Below, in pieces: positions 1 through 7,234 of a stretch of DNA of 21,111 bases. Below the pieces are notes generated by a model that was not told where the DNA came from, made no database searches, and saw only the letters and a list, made by a program, of their open reading frames with translations. Source of the DNA: Chthonomonadales bacterium (GTDB taxonomy: Bacteria; Armatimonadota; Chthonomonadetes; Chthonomonadales; Chthonomonadaceae); the NCBI GenBank assembly GCA_038217285.1, contig JBBQPO010000080.1:1-21111 (forward strand). The letters are read 5' to 3'. The translations under genes were made by a program, and so were the position numbers. How positions within the stretch are numbered: the stretch's first letter is position 1; every line of letters begins with the position of its first letter.

Positions 1-139
1 CGTCCGTACAGCCATAATATATCACCCGCGTAGCTTCGCTCCAGACCGTTCAGATTGAAACGGAATCAGTGTTCATTTTGAACGCGATTCAGTGTTCATT
101 TTGAAACGGAATCAGTGTTCAAATTCGCCGGAATGTACA
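1..139 (+). mobile_element. Terminal region of an IS21-family-like insertion sequence (rest of element lies left of the window)
   Basis: Four tandem 23-bp repeats end in ...CCGGAATGTACA at 139, which reads 5'-TGTACATTCCGG... inward. Multiple subterminal transposase-binding repeats and TG...CA ends are typical of IS21-family termini. No transposase is visible in the window. Confidence 0.65.
48..139. repeat. 4 x 23-bp imperfect tandem repeat, consensus GTTCAttTTGAAaCGGAATCAGT
   Basis: Units: 48-70 GTTCAGATTGAAACGGAATCAGT, 71-93 GTTCATTTTGAACGCGATTCAGT, 94-116 GTTCATTTTGAAACGGAATCAGT, 117-139 GTTCAAATTCGCCGGAATGTACA. There are no spacers. Confidence 0.95.
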
Positions 140-1707
140 GACAGACCATACAGATGAAGCAGGTCCATTACCTCACGGTAGCTCTTCTCATTGAAACGTA
201 AGATCTCCTGAAGTTCGCTATCCGTTCTGCCGGCGATATCTCTTAATGCCCGGACGCCTCCCCGTTTCAGGCGATTGTAGGTTCTTACCGTCAGGTCCAC
301 GTCCAGAATGGGTGTCTCCGCGCCTCTGGGGTCGGGAGGTAAGGGCTCAGGTGCAGGGAATGCCTTGCGGAGCTCTCGCGCGGATTCGGCTAAGCTGGCC
401 CAGAACGCATCCTCGCTCATGGTAGCCCTAGGTGCAGCATGGACGTCGTGCAGGAGTCCGGAAATTAGATGCTCGAACCCGTCGTCGGCATGGTTGTCCC
501 GAAAGTATTTCTCACATGCGGGACACATACGTAGATGGCAGGCTTGCACAATGCTTAGGGTTGAATACCGAGTAGTTTTTTCTCCGATATTACAGCGGAG
601 CACCTCACGTATCGCAGCCCGCATGTGCGGGCAGTCTATCGTCTCCCAGCACCACTGGCGACAGAGCGAGCAGCCGTCGAGATGGTCATAAAGAGGAACG
701 TCCTTCTCTTCATAGTAGGCGGCATAGGTGTACCCGCGCGCCTCCAATAGCGACATGCGAGTCTTTGCACACTGGGGAAGAGCTTCCCTGTCAAGGACGA
801 AGGCAGGCGACCCCTCGTCAGTACTCCATGATATTTTTGCCCGTTTCAGGTGCATAAGCAGGCTAGACTCCCGCTCGCTACGGTTGGCTCCCGCCTTCTC
901 CAGCATTTCGGCGATGTCGTAATGGTCCTGGCCGATGGCGAGCGTACAGGGGGTTTCATTATCTCCCCGCTGGCCGTGGACTTCCGCGCCTGCGCTAAGC
1001 AAAAGTGCGACGCTCTCTACCCGTTGTGGGTGTCCTATCCCTGGAGTATCGATCGCGTGCGAGAGAGCAGTTTCGCCTGTACCGCTCCGGGTATTGACAT
1101 CTGCGCCAGCATCCAGCAGAAGACGCAGTACATCAGGCGAGAACGTGGCTTCAATCAGCGGCGTGGCACCTTCGCGGTTACCCTCGTTCACAGGCGCGCC
1201 TGCCTCCAGGAGGAGGGAGACTGCGGCTGCATCTCCGCCGCGCACGGCGTAGACCAGCGCAGTGTTCCCCGCCTCATCAGTTGCCCCAAAATCCGCACCC
1301 GCTTCCAGGAGGCGCCTGAGAACAGCTATATTCGTCCTTTGCGCCATCATCAGCGCCGTTCGACCCGCTGGGTGCGGATACCACATCGAGCGATCATCCG
1401 GATTGGCCCACGATGCCAGATTTACCTGCGCGCCTGTCCGCAGAAGCATATCGACGGTGAGGGTATGACCATTACGCGCAGCAAGCATAAGTGCGGATGT
1501 TCCAAGTGCATCCAGCGAATCGATGGGAATCCCCTCACTCAAGAGGAAGTCGAGCATCTCTGTATGCCCACTCATGGCGGCCATCTGAAGGGCACCTCTT
1601 CCCAATTCATCGCACGCAAAAAGATCGGCTCCCTGGGCTTTCAGAAAGCGGGCGCTCAAGATATCCCCTCGACCGACTGCCTCAAGGAACCGCTCGTCTG
1701 TAGTCAT
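112..1707 (-). CDS. Ankyrin-repeat protein with two HxxxCxxC (zf-HC2/ZAS-type) zinc fingers and a C-terminal RNA polymerase alpha-CTD-like domain
   Basis: The N-terminal ~270 aa contain repeated ankyrin motifs (GxTAL/PLxxA...LLxAGAxVN). HLDGCSLC (661-684) and HLRMCPAC (514-537) are each preceded by an upstream Cys. The C-terminal TPILDVDLTVRTYNRLKRGG...NEKSYREVMDLL matches the alpha-CTD pattern (LELTVRSANCLK...GKKSLTEIKDVL in E. coli). Confidence 0.85.
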   Translation of the reverse strand: MTTDERFLEAVGRGDILSARFLKAQGADLFACDELGRGALQMAAMSGHTEMLDFLLSEGIPIDSLDALGTSALMLAARNGHTLTVDMLLRTGAQVNLASWANPDDRSMWYPHPAGRTALMMAQRTNIAVLRRLLEAGADFGATDEAGNTALVYAVRGGDAAAVSLLLEAGAPVNEGNREGATPLIEATFSPDVLRLLLDAGADVNTRSGTGETALSHAIDTPGIGHPQRVESVALLLSAGAEVHGQRGDNETPCTLAIGQDHYDIAEMLEKAGANRSERESSLLMHLKRAKISWSTDEGSPAFVLDREALPQCAKTRMSLLEARGYTYAAYYEEKDVPLYDHLDGCSLCRQWCWETIDCPHMRAAIREVLRCNIGEKTTRYSTLSIVQACHLRMCPACEKYFRDNHADDGFEHLISGLLHDVHAAPRATMSEDAFWASLAESARELRKAFPAPEPLPPDPRGAETPILDVDLTVRTYNRLKRGGVRALRDIAGRTDSELQEILRFNEKSYREVMDLLHLYGLSVHSGEFEH

Positions 1708-1754
1708 CTGGTTTTACCCTCGATCCTTTTGCGCCAATCTGGTAAAAGCAGATG
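1705..1754 (-). promoter_or_regulatory. 14-bp inverted repeat (1 mismatch) covering the start codon of the ankyrin gene
   Basis: Minus strand reads CATCTGCTTTTACC-N22-GGTAAAACCAGATG. The second arm ends in the ATG and overlaps a GAGGG RBS-like sequence. Confidence 0.3.
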
Positions 1755-2020
1755 GACCAGTGGAGGCAGATCAGATCGCAGGTTCTACAGATGCCTGTCT
1801 GGCAGCCGACCTGCAGGTAGTCTAAGGGGATCTTCTAGGCCGCCCTCATGCCTTAATTCGATTGTCGCCAGTGCCGGTGCGTGTCAGGCGCGAGATTAGC
1901 ACCACGGGCATTGAGGCGCTTGTTTTCGTTTTCGAACTCTCGAGGCGACCTGCATCGGTAACGCCCGTATTGGCAAAGCTACTTTCTCATCGGTAGAACG
2001 ACTGCTCGGTGAAGCCGGAT

Positions 2021-2172
2021 TTAAGCCCAATACCTTTTAGTCAAGCGATTTCGATTTGAGGCGCTCGCTCATTTCGCAAGCGAATCCGAATGGGATTTTG
2101 ATCTCATTTCGGAGGCTCAACGAAGTGTGAATCTGAGGGCCGCTTGTTCTTGTCTCAACGTATTGGGCTTAA
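2021..2172. mobile_element. MITE-like element or internally deleted IS (~150 bp)
   Basis: Perfect 13-bp inverted repeats TTAAGCCCAATAC (2021-2033) and GTATTGGGCTTAA (2160-2172), with imperfect inward extension (AGTCAAG/AGACAAG). The outer TTAA could be a target-site duplication. No coding capacity. Confidence 0.5.
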
Positions 2173-2351
2173 GCCTGTCGTCAGTGACGGATGTGTCGTT
2201 TCTGATGGTTTTCAGAGCGGCGACGACAGGCGCACAAGTACTGTTCTTTTTCATGGGGAAGACGCTCTCAAGATTCAGAGACGGTCTACAATATGCCATA
2301 ATCATGCCGTAGAATCTTGGGGCGAGGCGAGCGGGGGCAGGTCTGCTAGGG

Positions 2352-2371
2352 CGTTAGCAATCCGTTAGCAA
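2352..2371. repeat. Tandem CGTTAGCAA x2 (11-bp period), possible tyrosine-integrase arm-type sites
   Basis: CGTTAGCAA at 2352-2360 and 2363-2371, about 50 bp beyond the tRNA 3' end. Confidence 0.35.
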
Positions 2372-2421
2372 AACACTGCAGATCGGGCCTACGTTCAAGA
2401 AAAAGCAGTGGATTTTAAGAG

Positions 2422-2504
2422 CGGAGAGGACAGGATTCGAACCCGTGCGCCTTTCGGCGGCCTGTTTTCAAGACAGGTGCCATAGACCACTCGGCCACCT
2501 CTCC
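2422..2504 (-). tRNA. tRNA-Ser (anticodon UGA), CCA not encoded
   Basis: Minus strand: GGAGAGG-TG-GCCGAGTGGTCTATGGC-A-CCTGT-CT-TGA-AA-ACAGG-CCGCCGAAAGGCGC (long variable arm)-ACGGG-TTCGAAT-CCTGT-CCTCTCC-G. All stems pair, and the G discriminator is typical of tRNA-Ser. Confidence 0.96.
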
Positions 2505-2518
2505 GTATCGTCTCTCAA

Positions 2519-2547
2519 AGTATAACCTAAACACGCTCGTTCGTCAA
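2519..2547 (-). promoter_or_regulatory. sigma70-type promoter of tRNA-Ser
   Basis: Minus strand TTGACG (2547-2542)-N17-TATACT (2524-2519), ending 14 bp upstream of the tRNA 5' end. Confidence 0.8.
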
Positions 2548-2590
2548 TGTAGCGGCGGGCGTAACATCCGCTTTTGCTGTGCGAGGAACT

Positions 2591-3781
2591 ATGCAGACCC
2601 TGCTCCATGAGCCCAGTTGGCCCCGATTCACGCTCGCTCTCAGCATCAGCGGGATCTGTTTGCTGATCCTGCTGGTGCTGAATCTGATAGGGCAGCGCGG
2701 AGACCGCATCAAACGCGCGGCTTCCAGCGACTTTATTTCGGAGATGCTGCGCCAGGAGAAACCCGATAACGCCATGGTGCCCCGCCGTGTCGTATCGCGT
2801 TCCCGCTATCGGCTGCGGCTCTTCGGTAAACTGGTGTTTCGCTGGACGCTGGTAGGCGTGATCTGCCTCGCGGGTATCGAAGCGATCCTGGCCTATAAGA
2901 CCGTGACCAACTTCGAGGATGGACTTCTGCGTTTTCGGCAGCATCACTATCCGGAATCCATCCTCGCTTACCGTATGGCGCTTGCCGCCGACAGTCGCTC
3001 CGCGACGGTTCACTACTATCTCGGAGTCGTCCTGATGGCGGATGGCCAGCCCCAGTCGGCAATGCTCTCCTTTCGAAGCGCCATCGCCTACAACCCGAAA
3101 CTGGAACAGGCCTGGATCGATTATGGCAACGCCCTCTTCCAACAAGGACAGGTCGCCGAGGCGCTGACGAAGTACCGTGCGGCCCTGCGGCTCGTCCCGA
3201 AGGACAGCCTTGCGCGCGCCGATGTCGCCATCGCACTTCAGGTGTTGGGCCGATCCGAGGAGGCCTTGCCGTTGTATCGGCAGGTGATCGAGGCGTCTCC
3301 GAACGATGCCACGGCCCGCCTCAACCTGGCGAACGTGCTGGCGGGAATGCATCGGTATGCCGAGGCCGACGTGGAGTACCGAACGCTCTTGAAGCTGCGG
3401 CCCGGGAACTCTGCGGCCCGCCTCAACTATGGCCTCATGCTGAACGAGCAGGGCCGCACGGCGGAAGGGCTGCGGCAAATGACGATGGCGACCGAACTCG
3501 ATCCCAACAGTGCGACGACATGGATTCGCTTCGGGACCACGCTGGTCGATCTAGGCTATCTTTCGGAAGCCGCCGCCGCCTTTCGAGTCGCGATCTCTCT
3601 CCACCGGACCTATGCGCCCACCTACTATACGCTGGGGGAGACTCTCCGCAAAGAGGACAGGACGGAAGAGGCGATCCATGCCTTTCAAAACTATCTCCTA
3701 CGGGCGCGCGATCTGCCGGAGTATCGCCAGCAGGTGATGCAGGCGACAGAGACTCTGCGTCGTCTGAAGGGTGGGCACTGA
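2591..3781 (+). CDS. Membrane-anchored tetratricopeptide-repeat (TPR) protein
   Basis: ATG at 2591 follows GAGGA. Two hydrophobic segments precede about 7-8 TPR repeats (e.g. VHYYLGVVL, AWIDYGNALFQQGQVAEALTKYRAALRLVP, ARLNLANVL). Confidence 0.85.
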   Translation: MQTLLHEPSWPRFTLALSISGICLLILLVLNLIGQRGDRIKRAASSDFISEMLRQEKPDNAMVPRRVVSRSRYRLRLFGKLVFRWTLVGVICLAGIEAILAYKTVTNFEDGLLRFRQHHYPESILAYRMALAADSRSATVHYYLGVVLMADGQPQSAMLSFRSAIAYNPKLEQAWIDYGNALFQQGQVAEALTKYRAALRLVPKDSLARADVAIALQVLGRSEEALPLYRQVIEASPNDATARLNLANVLAGMHRYAEADVEYRTLLKLRPGNSAARLNYGLMLNEQGRTAEGLRQMTMATELDPNSATTWIRFGTTLVDLGYLSEAAAAFRVAISLHRTYAPTYYTLGETLRKEDRTEEAIHAFQNYLLRARDLPEYRQQVMQATETLRRLKGGH

Positions 3782-3918
3782 GGCGACGGACGCTCGATGC
3801 AGGGGGCTGGCTGTCCTGGAGAGGAAGCGCGTTCTGCCCGAACGAGGTAAAGAGGGGTTGTGGCTGGGGCTATGTGGATCGAAGACTGCCGTCCGACGGG
3901 GCGGGAGAGGAGTGGAAG

Positions 3919-5022
3919 GTGAACCTTATACCGGAGCCGCGTTGGGGCCTGGTCTACTATAGCTGGGGGCTTTGCAGCATCTGCGTCTTGTTGCTGCTGG
4001 CGATGCGTCTGCGTAATCGGCGGGGCCGCCGGTCTTTCTACGATCCGGAAGCCTATGCGGAGGAGATGGAACTGGCGAAGGTCGATGTCGTCGCTGCGGA
4101 GGCGCCCCGGAGGCGTGGGCCGTTTAAGCTTCCGGAAGGGACGGCGGCCTCCAACCGCGCCACGAACTACCTGGTCGCGCTGGCCCTGGGGGTGCTGAGC
4201 CTTGGCAGCTTCGGGTATGGGATTGCGGCCTATAGCGTGGTTACCGGGTTCGAAGAGGGCAACCGTCTGGCAGCGGCACGGCAGTTCGATGCGGCCAAGC
4301 AGGACTACTACCGTGTTTTGCGTATCTCTCCGGACTCGGTCACCGTCCACTATGCGCTGGCCCGTGTCCTGCTGGCGCAGGGCAAGTTGGAGTCGGCTCT
4401 GGCGGAGTTCCACCGGGTCATGCAGTCGGATCGTAACAACGTCGGGGCGCACACGACCCTCGGCAACCTTTTGCTACGGCAGAAACGACCGACGGAGGCC
4501 ATTGCAGAGTATCGCCTCGCCCTGCAGCTCGATCCCGCCGACGCCATCACCCATGTCGATCTAGGCAATGCGCTCTACGCGGCGGGAAAACTGGAAGAGG
4601 CGATCATCGAATACCACAACGCCACGCGCATCCTGCCCACCCTGGCGGTCGCGCATCTGAACCTGAGCAGTGTGCTGCTGAAGCAGGGAAAACTGGAGCC
4701 GGCGGCGACCGAAGCGCGCCAGGCGGCGAGTCTGGTTCCGGACAGCGTTGTCGTTCACAACAATCTGGGCAACATTCTGCTGGAGCAGGGCAAACGCCTC
4801 GACGCGATCGACGAGTATCGCCGTGCCACCGAGGTGAAACCGGGTTTCGCCTACGGCTACTACAACCTTGGTCAGGCGCTTCTCGCCAACCAACAGCCTG
4901 AGGAGGCGGTTACCGCTTTCGAAACCTATCTCCGCATCGCCAAAGATCAGCCGGAGTATGGGGAGACGATGGAGCGCGTACTCCAGATCCTTGCGGACCT
5001 GAAAACGCCGCAACACCGCTGA
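3919..5022 (+). CDS. Membrane-anchored TPR protein, paralogue of the upstream gene
   Basis: GTG at 3919 follows GAGGAG (3907-3912). Same layout as the upstream gene (EPxW-TM1-basic linker-TM2-VTxFEEG-TPRs-AFxxYL...PEY). The ORF-track start at 3520 overlaps the previous gene and is unlikely. Confidence 0.85.
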   Translation: MNLIPEPRWGLVYYSWGLCSICVLLLLAMRLRNRRGRRSFYDPEAYAEEMELAKVDVVAAEAPRRRGPFKLPEGTAASNRATNYLVALALGVLSLGSFGYGIAAYSVVTGFEEGNRLAAARQFDAAKQDYYRVLRISPDSVTVHYALARVLLAQGKLESALAEFHRVMQSDRNNVGAHTTLGNLLLRQKRPTEAIAEYRLALQLDPADAITHVDLGNALYAAGKLEEAIIEYHNATRILPTLAVAHLNLSSVLLKQGKLEPAATEARQAASLVPDSVVVHNNLGNILLEQGKRLDAIDEYRRATEVKPGFAYGYYNLGQALLANQQPEEAVTAFETYLRIAKDQPEYGETMERVLQILADLKTPQHR

Positions 5023-5116
5023 CGCAGGAAACAGGCGTCTGCTCGACGAAATTGCCCGCTGACATGCAAGCGCTCCGGAAAGTGTGCAAAGGGGCGGTCG
5101 GAAGAATGGAGTGGTG

Positions 5117-5803
5117 ATGGTCGAGTTGAAGAGCTGGCGTAACGGACTGCTGAAAGAGCTACTGCTGACACTGCCCGCAGAGGACAGTTGGGACGAAATG
5201 CTGGCGCAGGTCGAGGCCGTTTTGGACGAAGCGAAGGTAAAAGCCTCGGCGCATGGGGCGCAACTGACGCTCGACATGGGGGTGCGGTCGGTGACGTTCG
5301 AGCCGCTGGCGGAGCTGATCGAGCGGCTGCGCGTGGACTATAGCCTGCTGACGGTATCGGTCATCTCGACGGAGATGCTGACGCAGGAGTCGGCCCGTCG
5401 GCTGGCGCTGAACGTCTACTCGATGCTGCCGGGCACCAGCGCGCCGATCGCAGCGCCGGAAGCGATTCCCGGCAGCAATGCGCTCTATCTGCCGAATACG
5501 GTGCGCTCGGGGCAGCGCATCGACCATCCGGGCACGGTGATCGTCGGCGGGGATGTGAATGCGGGCGCGGAGGTGATCGCGGAGGGCGATATTCTGGTGT
5601 TTGGCACACTGCGCGGGCTGGCGCACGCCGGCAGTCGGGGCAGTGAGAAGGCGCGTATCGTCGCCGGGAATATGCGGCCGCAGCAGATACGGATCGCGGG
5701 CAAGATCGCCCGGTCGCCCGAGGACTCCAGCCCGACACCCGGTGCCCGTAACCCGGAGATCGCCCGCATCGAAAACGGAGAGATCCAGGTCTCCCCTGCA
5801 TAG
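5117..5803 (+). CDS. minC: Septum site-determining protein MinC
   Basis: C-terminal MinC beta-helix motifs TVRSGQRI, GDVNAGAEVIAEGDILVFGTLRGLAHAG and PQQIRIA. GGAG RBS precedes the ATG at 5117. Confidence 0.93.
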   Translation: MVELKSWRNGLLKELLLTLPAEDSWDEMLAQVEAVLDEAKVKASAHGAQLTLDMGVRSVTFEPLAELIERLRVDYSLLTVSVISTEMLTQESARRLALNVYSMLPGTSAPIAAPEAIPGSNALYLPNTVRSGQRIDHPGTVIVGGDVNAGAEVIAEGDILVFGTLRGLAHAGSRGSEKARIVAGNMRPQQIRIAGKIARSPEDSSPTPGARNPEIARIENGEIQVSPA

Positions 5804-5841
5804 GTTAGGAAAGCAGAAGAGAGAGGCGGATGCAGAGCAGA

Positions 5842-5861
5842 AAATCCCCGTGAGGGGATTT
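5842..5861 (+). terminator. Possible intrinsic terminator hairpin after minC
   Basis: AAATCCCC-GTGA-GGGGATTT: perfect 8-bp stem with a GNRA loop, 38 bp after the minC stop. The U-tract is short. Confidence 0.4.
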
Positions 5862-5946
5862 GGGATCCGCGCGGAGCGCAGTCCTATTTCGCAGAAAAAA
5901 AGGAAGCCAGGAAAGAGGAAGTTTGTGGGGGACATCCTTGTTTGAC

Positions 5947-5975
5947 TGGACAGGAGACGTGAAACGGGGTATAAT
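5947..5975 (+). promoter_or_regulatory. sigma70-type promoter
   Basis: TGGACA (5947-5952)-N17-TATAAT (5970-5975), upstream of the 6028 gene. Confidence 0.75.
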
Positions 5976-5976
5976 G

Positions 5977-6006
5977 GTAGACGTAATAGTACACTATTGC
6001 GTCTAC
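5977..6006. promoter_or_regulatory. Palindromic operator or 5' hairpin over the predicted transcription start
   Basis: GTAGACGTAATAGT-AC-ACTATTGCGTCTAC: 14-bp arms with one mismatch. Confidence 0.55.
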
Positions 6007-6027
6007 TTCGCTTTGGAGGCAACCCTG

Positions 6028-6396
6028 ATGATTCGCTGGAAAGAGGGCGACTGCGCGCAGATCGTAGATCGTGTCCCGACCGCCGCCGACACCAAATCCC
6101 AACTCTTCTACAACCACTACCGCAACCTGACCGGCACGGTCTTAAAGCTCTACGGTACCGGCGACACCGCTCAAGCCGCCGTGGACATCGACCTGGAGAC
6201 GCTGCCTGCCGAGATCGCCGCCCGCCACCGCGAAACCCGCGACCTCATGGGCGAGAATCTGCCCGGCGCGACCCGCCGCACCAACGCCGCCAATCCCGCC
6301 CCCGAGTTCCGCCTTCGCTACGTCGTCCTCGTGGGCCTCACCGACATCAAACGCCGTGCCACCACTCCTCCCACCCGCCTTGCCTCGACGCCCTAA
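6028..6396 (+). CDS. Hypothetical protein (122 aa), possibly a small SH3/KOW-like beta-barrel
   Basis: GGAGG at 6015-6019, ATG at 6028, its own promoter and strongly C-ending codons. WKEGDCAQIV...LTGTVLKLY resembles SH3/KOW-type strands (weak). Confidence 0.7.
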   Translation: MIRWKEGDCAQIVDRVPTAADTKSQLFYNHYRNLTGTVLKLYGTGDTAQAAVDIDLETLPAEIAARHRETRDLMGENLPGATRRTNAANPAPEFRLRYVVLVGLTDIKRRATTPPTRLASTP

Positions 6397-6580
6397 CGCC
6401 CTGGGAGTGGTCAAGGGATGTTGGTCTGGTAATAGCCATCTTCGATGGCCTGCCTCTACACCGAGTGCCGTCGTGGTACACTAAAGGGAGCCATTCTACG
6501 TGGAATAGCATCCTTGTTATCAAGCGGCTTCGGAGGGACGAACCGAACCGCCGAGAACCTGCACGGGAACGAACCTATTC

Positions 6581-7234
6581 ATGTCAAATGTAACACGCAT
6601 TAAAATTTGTGGGATTACGAATTGGGAGGATGCGCTGACGGCGGTAGAGCTAGGGGCGGATGCGCTCGGCTTTATTTTTGTGCCGCAGACGCCGCGATTT
6701 GTAGGGGAGCGGGAGGGAGTGGAAGAGATGCTGCGCGCGGTGCCGCCTTTTGTGACGCGGACGGCGGTATGCACGACGGCAGAGACGTTGCCGGTCGGGC
6801 TGCTCGACAGCCTGGGCGCCGTGCAGTTCTACAGTCTGGACTTTCCGCACGTTCCCGGTAAGCGCATGGTGCAGTCGTTTCGGATCAAGGATGCGGGCAG
6901 TCTGGAGTTGATTGAGGAGGCTCTGCGGAGGCGGCGTCCGCAGGCGATTCATCTCGATACGTACCACAAAGATAAGATGGGCGGTTCGGGGGAGACGTTC
7001 AACTGGGAACTGGCGCTGGCGGCGAAAGCGCGGTTCGATCTGCCTTTGATTCTGTCAGGAGGATTGACACCGGAGAATGTTGCGGAGGCAGTCAGGGTGG
7101 TGCGGCCTTATGCGGTCGATGTGTCCAGTGGCGTCGAGGCCGAACCGGGCCGCAAAGATCCGGCCCGGCTGCGCGCTTTCTTCGAGGCCGTCCGCGCCGC
7201 CGACCGTCTGCTCTCTACTTCGCGGGCAGAATGA
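6581..7234 (+). CDS. trpF: Phosphoribosylanthranilate isomerase
   Basis: RIKICGIT, GADALGFIF, GGSGETFNW, ILSGGLTPENV and AVDVSSGVE..PGRKD are hallmark TrpF motifs. Confidence 0.96.
   Translation: MSNVTRIKICGITNWEDALTAVELGADALGFIFVPQTPRFVGEREGVEEMLRAVPPFVTRTAVCTTAETLPVGLLDSLGAVQFYSLDFPHVPGKRMVQSFRIKDAGSLELIEEALRRRRPQAIHLDTYHKDKMGGSGETFNWELALAAKARFDLPLILSGGLTPENVAEAVRVVRPYAVDVSSGVEAEPGRKDPARLRAFFEAVRAADRLLSTSRAE

Noticed and set aside
48-139. 23-bp repeats as a CRISPR array
   Set aside because: The units are directly adjacent with no unique spacers and no cas genes; the array ends in an IS-type CA terminus.
850-1899. Long plus-strand ORFs opposite the ankyrin gene, and similar antisense ORFs over TPR, minC, GH44, TolC and RND
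   Set aside because: Shadow ORFs of well-supported genes on the other strand; no motifs or RBS.
2117-2305. 62-aa ORF starting MIMAYCRPS as a serine-recombinase remnant
   Set aside because: Only a vague YxRxS resemblance; nothing downstream fits, and its 3' part runs into the MITE-like element.
3520-3918. N-terminal extension of the second TPR ORF
   Set aside because: Overlaps the upstream gene; the GTG at 3919 has a good RBS and aligns with the paralogue's N-terminus.
6474-6482. Extended -10 (TGgTACACT) upstream of trpF
   Set aside because: Plausible, but there is no -35 and no independent support; no trp attenuator leader is visible either.
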